Virus record (IMG/VR): IMGVR_UViG_3300005613_003983
Span: 1 to 55,071 of that record
Source of the DNA: a virus
Lineage: Duplodnaviria; Caudoviricetes
Length of the DNA stretch: 55,071 bases
Strand: one strand, 5' to 3'
Shown here one piece after another: positions 1-7,754 of the stretch. The position numbers and the translations under genes were made by a program. The notes beneath the pieces are model-generated. The model searched no databases. It saw only the letters and a list, made by a program, of their open reading frames with translations, and was not told where the DNA came from. Each line of letters starts with the position of its first letter. The stretch's first letter is position 1.

Positions 1-1
1 T

Positions 2-415
2 GATGATTATATTCTTCTTGCTACTGTAGAAGAAGGTGGTGCAGGAACAAAATGTGTAATCACAGTCTCTCAACTACCAAGTGGAACAATTTCTGCCGAA
101 CAAATAGTTACAGGACTTCTTAATGCTGATAGAATTGATGCTTTAAGTATTACAACAGCTAAATTAGCTGTTGGAGCTGTTACAGAGGCAAAATTAGATA
201 CTGATGCGGTTACAGAAAATAAAATAAAAGACGGGGAAGTTGTGGATGCTAAGATAGGTTCTATGGCAGCGGGTAAGCTTACCGCTGGAACTGTTACTGT
301 CGCGGTAGATGTTGGTGTAGGAAATGTAAAAATAGATGGGGCTAATAAAAGAATTCTTATTAATGATGGAACGGATGATAGAATTTTAATTGGTTATCAG
401 AGTGGAGGATTTTAA
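2..415 (+). CDS. C-terminal part of a tail/tail-fibre protein (5' end outside window)
   Basis: Open frame from base 2 to TAA 413-415 (...ITTAKLAVGAVTEAKLDTDAVTENKI...RILIGYQSGGF). Short ITxAKL-type repeats typical of tail proteins; TAATG overlap with the next gene. Confidence 0.6.
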   Translation, partial: DDYILLATVEEGGAGTKCVITVSQLPSGTISAEQIVTGLLNADRIDALSITTAKLAVGAVTEAKLDTDAVTENKIKDGEVVDAKIGSMAAGKLTAGTVTVAVDVGVGNVKIDGANKRILINDGTDDRILIGYQSGGF

Positions 416-738
416 TGGCTGATTATGGTTTAAAAATTTCAAAATCTGGCTATGATGTAAAAACAGCAGCAGTTAAAGACTTAATAATAACTTCAAAGGC
501 AAATCAATGGAAAATTCATATGACAGGAACAGTTAGTGGAACAGGACCTATTAATGTTGCTCATAGTTTAGGCTATACTCCTGGCTATTTAGGAGCTGAT
601 TATCATACAAGCGGAGCTCTTTCTGGTAAGGCTGAAAAAATGCACGTAAATACTAGGGTTGATTCTACAAATTTGGTTCTTTATCCACCATCTACTGGTT
701 ATACAAGATATTTTATTCTTAAAGATTTAGGAGCTTAA
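415..738 (+). CDS. Putative tail-associated protein, paralog 1 of the MADYGLKISK family
   Basis: N-terminus MADYGLKISKSGYDVKTA and HSLGYTP motif shared with 741 and 1154; tail context. Confidence 0.55.
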   Translation: MADYGLKISKSGYDVKTAAVKDLIITSKANQWKIHMTGTVSGTGPINVAHSLGYTPGYLGADYHTSGALSGKAEKMHVNTRVDSTNLVLYPPSTGYTRYFILKDLGA

Positions 739-740
739 AT

Positions 741-1151
741 ATGGCTAATTATGGAATTAAAATCTCTGAAGCAGGATATGATATAGCAACAGCCAATGCA
801 AGACAATTAGTTTTGAGCAGTCAATATCCTTTTCTAAAAGCCTATAATCAGGGTTCTTTTAGTTTGACCATTACTGGAGCAGGAACTTATACTCAGGAAA
901 TAACCCATAATTTTGGCTATCCAATTAAATTTGTTCATTATTTTCAAATTGATCCTACAACTTCAGGAGGTCGCCATTTAGGAATTTTTGCTGCTGATTC
1001 TCCAAGCGGTACGATTTGTTGTGAGTCTTGGGAAGATTCAAATAAAGTTTATATTGCCTGGGAGGATACCTCTTCCTCACCAGGTGCGTTTGAAACATAT
1101 CCTTATACAGTTTATGGTTATTATTATCTTTTTTATGACTCAATTACTTAA
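741..1151 (+). CDS. Putative tail-associated protein, paralog 2
   Basis: MANYGIKISEAGYDI...THNFGYP; paralog of its neighbours. Confidence 0.55.
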   Translation: MANYGIKISEAGYDIATANARQLVLSSQYPFLKAYNQGSFSLTITGAGTYTQEITHNFGYPIKFVHYFQIDPTTSGGRHLGIFAADSPSGTICCESWEDSNKVYIAWEDTSSSPGAFETYPYTVYGYYYLFYDSIT

Positions 1152-1153
1152 CT

Positions 1154-1546
1154 ATGGCTGATTATGGTTTAAAAATTTCAAAATCTGGCTATGATGTAAA
1201 AACAGCAACTCCAGTTCAGTTGATTTTTTCATCTGCTTTTAATACTTTTAAAATTGTTCTTTCTGGTTCTACATCTGTGAGTGGTGATGCTTATGATAGT
1301 TTTTCAACAGAAGTCACGCATGATCTCAACTATGTTCCTCTTTGGTTAGTTTTTTATAAATCTAGTGCTGGTACTTATTATAAATGGGCACACGGGTATG
1401 GAGACTTTTTACCAGGTGATAATGGTTGTTCTTATCCAACTATTAGGGTAGATACAAGTGAATTATACATTTCTGGGATGTTTTATGAAGATGATGAAAC
1501 TGTTTATTTTTACTATAACATTTTTGCTAATCAAATAGAGACATAG
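1154..1546 (+). CDS. Putative tail-associated protein, paralog 3
   Basis: First 54 nt identical to 415-468; THDLNYVP motif. Confidence 0.55.
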   Translation: MADYGLKISKSGYDVKTATPVQLIFSSAFNTFKIVLSGSTSVSGDAYDSFSTEVTHDLNYVPLWLVFYKSSAGTYYKWAHGYGDFLPGDNGCSYPTIRVDTSELYISGMFYEDDETVYFYYNIFANQIET

Positions 1547-1558
1547 TAAGATAATAAT

Positions 1559-1945
1559 ATGATAATTTTTTATAATAAAAAAACAGGTAACATTTTCGGA
1601 AAAATAGACGGAAGAGTTCACACTGAAGAACGTTTGAAAATGTGGATTCAGCCTAGTAATGTAGCAAAAAAAGATATTGTAAAATATGTTGTTCCTTTTA
1701 AGCCTAATTTAGTTGAAGAAGAAGTACCTATTACTGAGTGGAGAATGGTTGATGAAAAAACAAAGAAAGTAAAAAAAGTAGTAGTTAGAAAGGAAAAACA
1801 GATGGTCACTAGAGGAGTAAAGCCAGCAGTTCCTTTTGCTGATTTTATTTATGATTTTGAAAGTGGCAAAAGATTCATTCATGATTATAAGGTAAAACTT
1901 AAAAATGGCAAAGTAGTAGGATTTGAAAGAAAGAAGGAAAAATGA
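1559..1945 (+). CDS. Hypothetical protein, MIIFY family copy 1
   Basis: MIIFYNKKTG...GRVH.EE.LKMWI; paralog of 2714..3067. Confidence 0.6.
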   Translation: MIIFYNKKTGNIFGKIDGRVHTEERLKMWIQPSNVAKKDIVKYVVPFKPNLVEEEVPITEWRMVDEKTKKVKKVVVRKEKQMVTRGVKPAVPFADFIYDFESGKRFIHDYKVKLKNGKVVGFERKKEK

Positions 1946-1986
1946 AACACTTTTTAGTAAGAATATAATTATTTTAATATAAAAAT

Positions 1987-2700
1987 ATGGCGATACAAAA
2001 AACAGACATAAATCCAGCGACAGGCAAGCAATATGCGGTCAACCCCGCTACTGGTCATTGGGACGATTCTTATTGGGCCGAAGTGGTTGAACCAAAGTTA
2101 AAATCTCAATATGGCGGCGGTTCTTCTGGTGGCGGTGGAACTTCTGAAGAATATATTAAACAACTAATCGAAACCTTAACAAAAGAGGTCGTTCCTAAAG
2201 CAATTGAGTTTGATTCTGAAGCAGCAAGAAAAGCAGCCGAAGAAGAATGGGGGCCGTATTATGAAGAAATTTTAGAAGATTATTTAGCTCAAGTTAGTGT
2301 TGGCAAGGAAAGAGAAAAAGAAGACTTAACTACTTATTTAGAGTCTTTGGGTATAAGAGAAACAAGAGAAAAAGAAAACTTTGATGAAATCGTTAAAGCT
2401 CTTGATTTAAAAGAAGTAAGAAGCGCAGAAGACTTGGCTGTTGCACTTGAAGGGTATGGCATAACAGGAGCAAGAACAGAAGAAGATTTAGTAACTCATA
2501 ATTTAGGATATATTCCAAAAGTATGGGTTTATACTGCTTATAACGCATCTTCTACTTATAGAAGAAGAATTCCAATTATTACTGCGGATGGACAAGGATA
2601 TGATTATTATATTACAAGTTCTGTCGTTCATGTTAAAAGACCAGCTTATGGAAATAATCTTTTTAAAATAATTATATTTACAAGAAGTCCTCTACCATGA
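1987..2700 (+). CDS. Hypothetical virion protein, apparently chimeric
   Basis: Acidic helical N-terminal region joined to a THNLGYIP... C-terminus resembling the tail paralogs. Confidence 0.5.
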   Translation: MAIQKTDINPATGKQYAVNPATGHWDDSYWAEVVEPKLKSQYGGGSSGGGGTSEEYIKQLIETLTKEVVPKAIEFDSEAARKAAEEEWGPYYEEILEDYLAQVSVGKEREKEDLTTYLESLGIRETREKENFDEIVKALDLKEVRSAEDLAVALEGYGITGARTEEDLVTHNLGYIPKVWVYTAYNASSTYRRRIPIITADGQGYDYYITSSVVHVKRPAYGNNLFKIIIFTRSPLP

Positions 2701-2713
2701 TACAATAAAAAAT

Positions 2714-3067
2714 ATGATAATTTTTTACGAAAAAAAAACAGGAGTAATTATAGGTACGGTTGTAGGCAGGATTCATCCTAAGGAACATTTAAAGATGTGG
2801 ATTGGAGATAAGAAAAAAACAGAAAGAATAATCGTTAATTGGAAACCTTATCGGTTTTTTGATCAAAAAGGAAAAAGGATAAATAAGACAAAGTTAAAAA
2901 AAGATAAGACTTATAATGCAGATTTTGAACCTGATACAAAACAAAAAGAAATTTTCAAAGAATTTGATAAAAAGCCAATGAGAGTATATGATTTTATTGT
3001 AGATATTAAATCTAAAAAATTAATAAAAAAAGAAGGTAGTAAAAAAAAGGAAAATTTATTGGCTTAA
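2714..3067 (+). CDS. Hypothetical protein, MIIFY family copy 2
   Basis: MIIFYEKKTG...GRIH.KE.LKMWI. Confidence 0.6.
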   Translation: MIIFYEKKTGVIIGTVVGRIHPKEHLKMWIGDKKKTERIIVNWKPYRFFDQKGKRINKTKLKKDKTYNADFEPDTKQKEIFKEFDKKPMRVYDFIVDIKSKKLIKKEGSKKKENLLA

Positions 3068-3085
3068 CTAAGATAAAGAACGGAG

Positions 3086-3361
3086 GTGATAAAAATGCCT
3101 GACAAATCAGCTTATCAAAGAATTGCAGATTCAACAGAACTTACATCTAAAACTTTACAAAAAATGGAGAATAATTTAAAAACATTAAACGATTCTAATA
3201 TTTTACATCAGACACAAAGTGCATTAGAACATAAAACTATAATTAATAAATTACAAGAATTAACAACAAAATATTGGTATTTAGTCCTAATTGCTTTTAT
3301 TTTACTTGCTCTAGTAGCAGGAGTAAAAGAAGCTGCAAGATTATTACCAACAGGAGGCTAA
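3086..3361 (+). CDS. Membrane protein (coiled coil plus C-terminal TM), possible lysis accessory; likely ATG start 3095
   Basis: YWYLVLIAFILLALVAGV hydrophobic helix; GGAGGTGA RBS. Confidence 0.5.
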   Translation: MIKMPDKSAYQRIADSTELTSKTLQKMENNLKTLNDSNILHQTQSALEHKTIINKLQELTTKYWYLVLIAFILLALVAGVKEAARLLPTGG

Positions 3362-3364
3362 AAA

Positions 3365-3700
3365 ATGGAAAATATTTTTAAAACAGCGGCTATTACATCA
3401 ATGATTGCAAGTAGTGTTTTGGCTATAGGAGCTTGTCTTTATTGGAAAGCATATAATGAAATGAAAAAATCGCCAATTATAGGTTGGGTTGCATCCTTAT
3501 TAACAATGGGTTCTATAACAACAGGAATTACTTCTCTAGCATATTTATTTTTTCAACCAATTTGTTTTTATTTTGCGATTGGTGCTAAAATAATACTTGC
3601 TTATACAGGATTTATGTTTATTAAAGTATCTTTAACTCCGACAAATGGAAAAATAAAAAAATTTGAAAAAGATATAAAAAAACATATAAAAAAGGAGTAA
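3365..3700 (+). CDS. Three-TM membrane protein, holin-like
   Basis: Three hydrophobic segments and a basic C-terminal tail; lies next to the putative endolysin. Confidence 0.45.
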   Translation: MENIFKTAAITSMIASSVLAIGACLYWKAYNEMKKSPIIGWVASLLTMGSITTGITSLAYLFFQPICFYFAIGAKIILAYTGFMFIKVSLTPTNGKIKKFEKDIKKHIKKE

Positions 3701-3702
3701 AT

Positions 3703-3726
3703 ATGAAGAATTTAAATGTTCCTTAT
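3703..3726 (+). pseudogene. Displaced original 5' end (MKNLNVPY) of the C39 peptidase gene
   Basis: AAGGAG RBS then ATG AAG AAT TTA AAT GTT CCT TAT; parallels MSSKNLDVKF at 4237; similarity ends where the HNH ORF stops. Confidence 0.65.
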
Positions 3727-4205
3727 TTATTGAATTGTGGAAGTCTTTCTTTACATTTATGAAGAATTTGATGACAACGATGACAAAGTATTTGCCAATT
3801 ACTTCCATTAAGTGGATTGTTTTTTCTATTTCTATCTTTGTGATGAATACAAAGATTTTTCTTAGAACCACATATAGAACATTTTCTTGGATAAATTTTA
3901 AAAGCCTCTCTTCGCCAGACACTTTGAGTGTTTTTTCCTTGATAATTAGGATTTTTCCAAAGGAACTTATCTTTCGATTTGGAACGAAGTTCTATATTAT
4001 ATTTTTTAAGCAATCTGCTAATAACATGATGAGAGACATTATAAAATTTACCAATTGTTCTACAACTCAATTCAATTTTATAAAGAGCAATAATTTTTTT
4101 TTCAGGCAATTTAATATAGTTATGTCCTTTTTTAAAAGCGGTTTTTGGAATAATGCCTGTTTTTTTTCCTTTATTCCAAGGAACTTGTCCCTTCTTAAAT
4201 TTCAT
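3723..4205 (-). CDS. Free-standing HNH homing endonuclease with NUMOD3-like N-terminus
   Basis: MKFKKGQVPWNKG; CSICG...CIHHKDRNRKNN...NWQILCHRCHQILH. The only convincing minus-strand gene; ATG at 4205 preferred over 4331. Confidence 0.85.
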   Translation of the reverse strand: MKFKKGQVPWNKGKKTGIIPKTAFKKGHNYIKLPEKKIIALYKIELSCRTIGKFYNVSHHVISRLLKKYNIELRSKSKDKFLWKNPNYQGKNTQSVWRREAFKIYPRKCSICGSKKNLCIHHKDRNRKNNPLNGSNWQILCHRCHQILHKCKERLPQFNK

Positions 4206-4236
4206 GATGGGACAATGATACAGGAGAATTAAAGAA

Positions 4237-5196
4237 ATGTCAAGTAAAAACTTAGATGTAAAATTTAAATCACAGTGGGATTCTGATGGAGGAATTTCAA
4301 AAGATGATTGTGGTCCAACTTGTTTAGCCATGATTCTTAATTATTATGGAGAAAAAGTTACCACTGATGAAGTTTTTAAAGCGACTGGAGCAGGAATTGA
4401 TAAATATGTGACCATTTCTCAATTAATAAAAGCGGGCAATAAGTGGGGATATAAAGGGCATTGGGAAATAAACTGCACAGAAAATAGATTAAAACAGTTA
4501 TTAAATAGAAGGTTGCCACCGATTGCTTTAATTCATTACGAACCCTTATCTTCAAGACAAGATAAGAATTTTGAGGGTGGACATTTTATTGTTATGGTTG
4601 GAGAAGATTGGGATGTGTGGATTGCTAATGATCCTGATTTTTGGGCACAATATAGAGAACATGGTAATCATCATAGATATTTGAAACCTGAATTTATTAA
4701 AGCGTGGGAAGAAGCTGTAAAAGATGGCAATTCTCCTAGAGGATTGCTTTGGTTTGAAAGAAAAACCCCAGCAGGTTCAAATTGTGAGGAAAAATTAAAA
4801 GAGGTAGAAAAAGAATTAAAAGAAAAAAATGAAGCATTAAAAAGGGTTAATAAAAGCCTTGCAACAACCAATAATGATAACACTGCATTAGGTTCAGAGA
4901 TAACAAAATTAGAAAATGATATAATAAAGGAGAAGCAAACATGTCAAAAAGAAAAGAACGATTTATCAAAAGAATTCAACCTAAAAGTCTCCACAGCGGA
5001 AAAGGCACTGAAAGAGGCGGAGAAAATTTGTGTAGAGGAAAAAAAGAAATTAGTAGAAACAAGTAAGTTAGAGCTACAGAAACAGGTTACTGATTTAGGA
5101 ACAGCGTTAGCAATAGCTACTGAAAATCTTGAAAAAATAGAAAGTTCACTTGCTTACAAGATTTTAAAATTAATTACTAATTTCAAAGGGAGGTGA
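4237..5196 (+). CDS. Peptidase C39-like protein with C-terminal coiled coil (putative endolysin)
   Basis: SQWD...DCGPTCLAM (catalytic Cys), GHFIVMVG (His), NDP (Asp). Confidence 0.75.
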   Translation: MSSKNLDVKFKSQWDSDGGISKDDCGPTCLAMILNYYGEKVTTDEVFKATGAGIDKYVTISQLIKAGNKWGYKGHWEINCTENRLKQLLNRRLPPIALIHYEPLSSRQDKNFEGGHFIVMVGEDWDVWIANDPDFWAQYREHGNHHRYLKPEFIKAWEEAVKDGNSPRGLLWFERKTPAGSNCEEKLKEVEKELKEKNEALKRVNKSLATTNNDNTALGSEITKLENDIIKEKQTCQKEKNDLSKEFNLKVSTAEKALKEAEKICVEEKKKLVETSKLELQKQVTDLGTALAIATENLEKIESSLAYKILKLITNFKGR

Positions 5197-5199
5197 AAA

Positions 5200-5466
5200 A
5201 TGGCAGCACCAGGAACACTAACAACACCTAGAGGTCAAGTTGCTAAATATGTCTATTATAGAACAGATTTAACTATTGCCGATCCCAACTATACACATAA
5301 TTCAGAAGCAACAGGAGAAGAAGGTAGTAATTCACTTCAAGGAATTCCACAAGCCGACTTAAATGCTTTTATAGCAGCTTATGGATGGACTTCGGGTGGA
5401 GAAGTATTAACATATAATCCTATTACTGACCGCTATGGTGTCAAAAATGGTAGTTATGTATTATAA
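5200..5466 (+). CDS. Hypothetical protein
   Basis: 88-aa ORF with GGAGGTGA RBS. Confidence 0.6.
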   Translation: MAAPGTLTTPRGQVAKYVYYRTDLTIADPNYTHNSEATGEEGSNSLQGIPQADLNAFIAAYGWTSGGEVLTYNPITDRYGVKNGSYVL

Positions 5467-5509
5467 AGAGAGATATTAATAAGGAGAGATATAAAGGAGG
5501 TGAAAAATT

Positions 5510-5632
5510 ATGGGTGCAACACATACACCAAATTATCCAACTAAAGCCCCTAGTGTTCCAACAGGACCAAAGGCTAAGGCTAAAAAATCACCTAGTAAAG
5601 TAATGACCCCTATGGGTAAAGCTAAAAAATAA
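5510..5632 (+). CDS. Small basic Pro/Lys-rich peptide (40 aa)
   Basis: AAAGGAGGTGA RBS; MGATHTPNYPTKAPSVPTGPKAKAKKSPSKVMTPMGKAKK; below the ORF-track cutoff. Confidence 0.55.
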   Translation: MGATHTPNYPTKAPSVPTGPKAKAKKSPSKVMTPMGKAKK

Positions 5633-5662
5633 TATAGGTTTTTTTAAAGGGGGTGAATTAAT

Positions 5663-5854
5663 ATTAAAGATTTTTTAAAAAGACTTTCAAGTCGTAAATT
5701 TTTATTGGCAATTGTCGCTATGATTGTTGCTTTTGGCAATGGTTATTGGGATTGGGGCTTAGAAGTAAAAGATATTATTGCTTTAGTTACTCCAGCTTTG
5801 GCGTTTATTGGTGCAGAAGGTTTAGCTGATATTAAAAGGATAAAAGCAAAATGA
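5663..5854 (+). CDS. Holin-like two-TM protein, apparent ATT start
   Basis: KRLSSRKFLLAIVAM...FIGAEGLAD resembles small phage holins; AAAGGGGGTGA RBS followed by ATT; in-frame TGA at 5654. Confidence 0.6.
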   Translation: MKDFLKRLSSRKFLLAIVAMIVAFGNGYWDWGLEVKDIIALVTPALAFIGAEGLADIKRIKAK

Positions 5855-6061
5855 GCAAAGAAATAGAACCTGCCGATTTAACACAAGAAGAAATAGAAGC
5901 CATTAAAGAACAAGTAGTTAAGGATTTGCCCTGGGCTGAACCACAAGAAGGGTCAGAGGGCGAAAAAAAAAGAACTCACTTGGGCCGAGCTTTGGGATTT
6001 AGTGGCTGAAGTTGGTGAATGGGATAAACAATTAGAAGAAATTAGAAAGGTAAATGAATAA
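5851..6061 (+). CDS. Small acidic protein, possibly frameshifted at an A9 run (5963-5971)
   Basis: MSKEIEPADLTQEEIEAIKEQ... stops at 6009 in frame 0; the +1 frame continues ELTWAELWDLVAEVGEWDKQLEEIRKVNE and overlaps the next start. Confidence 0.4.
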
Positions 6062-7028
6062 AGAAGCCGCTATTCATTATGTAGATGGCTCGTCAAGGAC
6101 AAGTGATGAAGTTAAAAGAAAGCTTCTACTAGAAGAGTCAACTGCAATTAGACACCTAACAGATTTTCCTGCTGGTCGTGATTTTGATGCTTGGACAGAG
6201 ATTGCTACTAGACAGCAACGGGAAAGGAAAGAACTTCTTGAAATACCTGAACATGTCCATGTTGAAATAGACACCAAAAAACCTATCCTTATTGGTTTGT
6301 TTGGTGATGTTCATGCTGGTGGAGAAGAGGTTGACTATGAGAGGTTTGCTAAAGATGTAAGAGCAATAAAAGAAGCTGATGGTTATACGATTACTGCTGG
6401 AGATTTAACCGATTCTTACTTCTTTATGCCGGGAGCAGGCGAACAAATTTTAACAGGACAGGAACAGCTTTTATATATGCAATCAGCTCTTGATAGATTG
6501 GCTGAAAATGGTAAGTTAATTGCAGGTTTTGGCGGTGACCATGACTTGTGGCCTAAAGACAAAGGTGGAGCACATACTTTATATCATCAGTTTAATCAAC
6601 GCTACAATGCTCATTATTTAGAAGGAGTATCTTATATCACTATTGGTTTAAATAATGGTGAAGAAGTGGTTGATTATAATATGGTAGGAGCACATAGGAG
6701 GCGAGGATTTTCGGTTTATAATGATTCTCATGCTAGTTTGAGACAAAGTAAAGATGAAGCTCCAGATTCAGATATGTCTTTTACCGCCCATAATCATGTT
6801 AAAGGTTATAATCAGCAAGTTCAAAAATTACAAGGTGGTGGAGAACATTTGGTTCATATGATGGCTTTAGGAGCTTATAAGGCTTCGGATAGATATAGTC
6901 GGAAAATGGGGTGGGCTAGAAAAGATGATGTGTCAATGGGGGGATTTGGAATAATTTTACACCCAGGAGAAAAAAATATTGAAGTGTTTTGGTCAATTTC
7001 TGAAGCATCAGAAAGGATGTTGCCATGA
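6054..7028 (+). CDS. Calcineurin-like metallophosphoesterase
   Basis: Metal-binding motifs GDVH, GDLTD, GDHD, AH, AHNH. Confidence 0.8.
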   Translation: MNKEAAIHYVDGSSRTSDEVKRKLLLEESTAIRHLTDFPAGRDFDAWTEIATRQQRERKELLEIPEHVHVEIDTKKPILIGLFGDVHAGGEEVDYERFAKDVRAIKEADGYTITAGDLTDSYFFMPGAGEQILTGQEQLLYMQSALDRLAENGKLIAGFGGDHDLWPKDKGGAHTLYHQFNQRYNAHYLEGVSYITIGLNNGEEVVDYNMVGAHRRRGFSVYNDSHASLRQSKDEAPDSDMSFTAHNHVKGYNQQVQKLQGGGEHLVHMMALGAYKASDRYSRKMGWARKDDVSMGGFGIILHPGEKNIEVFWSISEASERMLP

Positions 7029-7288
7029 ATAATTTAACGACTTTTGAAGAAGCCATAGATTCGGTTTTAAAAGAATTAAAGGATTTATTAATATTAAAAC
7101 AAAAAAGCTATGGTAAACATAATATTACAGATTTTGGCAAGTTTGGGATATTAGTAAGATTGAATGATAAAATAAGTCGTTTAAAAAATCTCCAAAATAA
7201 AAAGAACCCTTTAAAAGACGAAACAATTAAAGATACATGGAAAGATATTGCTAACTATGCAATTATTTGGCTCATGCTTGACAAATAA
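7025..7288 (+). CDS. Nucleotide-modification-associated domain 1 (DUF1599-like) protein
   Basis: KQKSYG...GILVRLNDKISRL...ETIKDTWKDIANYAII. Confidence 0.7.
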   Translation: MNNLTTFEEAIDSVLKELKDLLILKQKSYGKHNITDFGKFGILVRLNDKISRLKNLQNKKNPLKDETIKDTWKDIANYAIIWLMLDK

Positions 7289-7508
7289 ATCTTCGATTTA
7301 CCTCTTTCATAATAAAGAGAGATATTAGCAAAAGAGTAACGTATCCTGTGTGGAAACCATCAAAACATTTTTTTTATTTAATTTAAAGAATGACCACCCC
7401 CCGTGGGTTATGCCATTGTAATAGTATAATTGAGGGTTTGAGTTTTAGTTTAAAAAATAGATTTAAGATGGTTTGAGTTTGGGTTGTATATATAGGATAA
7501 AAGAGGGG

Positions 7509-7536
7509 TTGACCTTATCCCCGCTTATGATAAAAT
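7509..7536 (+). promoter_or_regulatory. Sigma70-type early promoter
   Basis: TTGACC-16 nt-TAAAAT with extended TG; immediately upstream of the small-gene array. Confidence 0.65.
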
Positions 7537-7586
7537 AATAATAACAAAGAATAATAGATTTTATTGAGAGGGGGTGACAAAACATT

Positions 7587-7754
7587 ATGACTCCAGAGCA
7601 AATTGCTGAATACAAAGATATGAAGGCTAAAAAAGAGGCTCAAAAGGCAAAGGACAAGGCGTATTATGAAAATTGGAAGGCTCAACAAAAGAAAATGAAA
7701 GCATTTTACGCAAAATGGTATGGCAAGGTGGTCAAAGGAACAAAAATTGAATAA
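7587..7754 (+). CDS. First early protein (55 aa, hypothetical)
   Basis: GAGAGGGGGTGA RBS; MTPEQIAEYKDMKAKKEAQK...; absent from the ORF track. Confidence 0.7.
   Translation: MTPEQIAEYKDMKAKKEAQKAKDKAYYENWKAQQKKMKAFYAKWYGKVVKGTKIE

Larger units (their letters stand above)
415..1207 (+). repeat. 54-bp exact direct repeat (415-468 and 1154-1207)
   Basis: atggctgattatggtttaaaaatttcaaaatctggctatgatgtaaaaacagca occurs at both positions. Confidence 0.9.

Noticed and set aside
415-1546. Diversity-generating retroelement acting on the tail paralogs
   Set aside because: No reverse transcriptase in the window, and the repeat is exact and N-terminal, without adenine-specific mismatches.
3735-4232. 165-aa plus-strand ORF opposite the HNH gene
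   Set aside because: Antisense shadow with no RBS or motifs; the minus-strand frame has clear HNH motifs.
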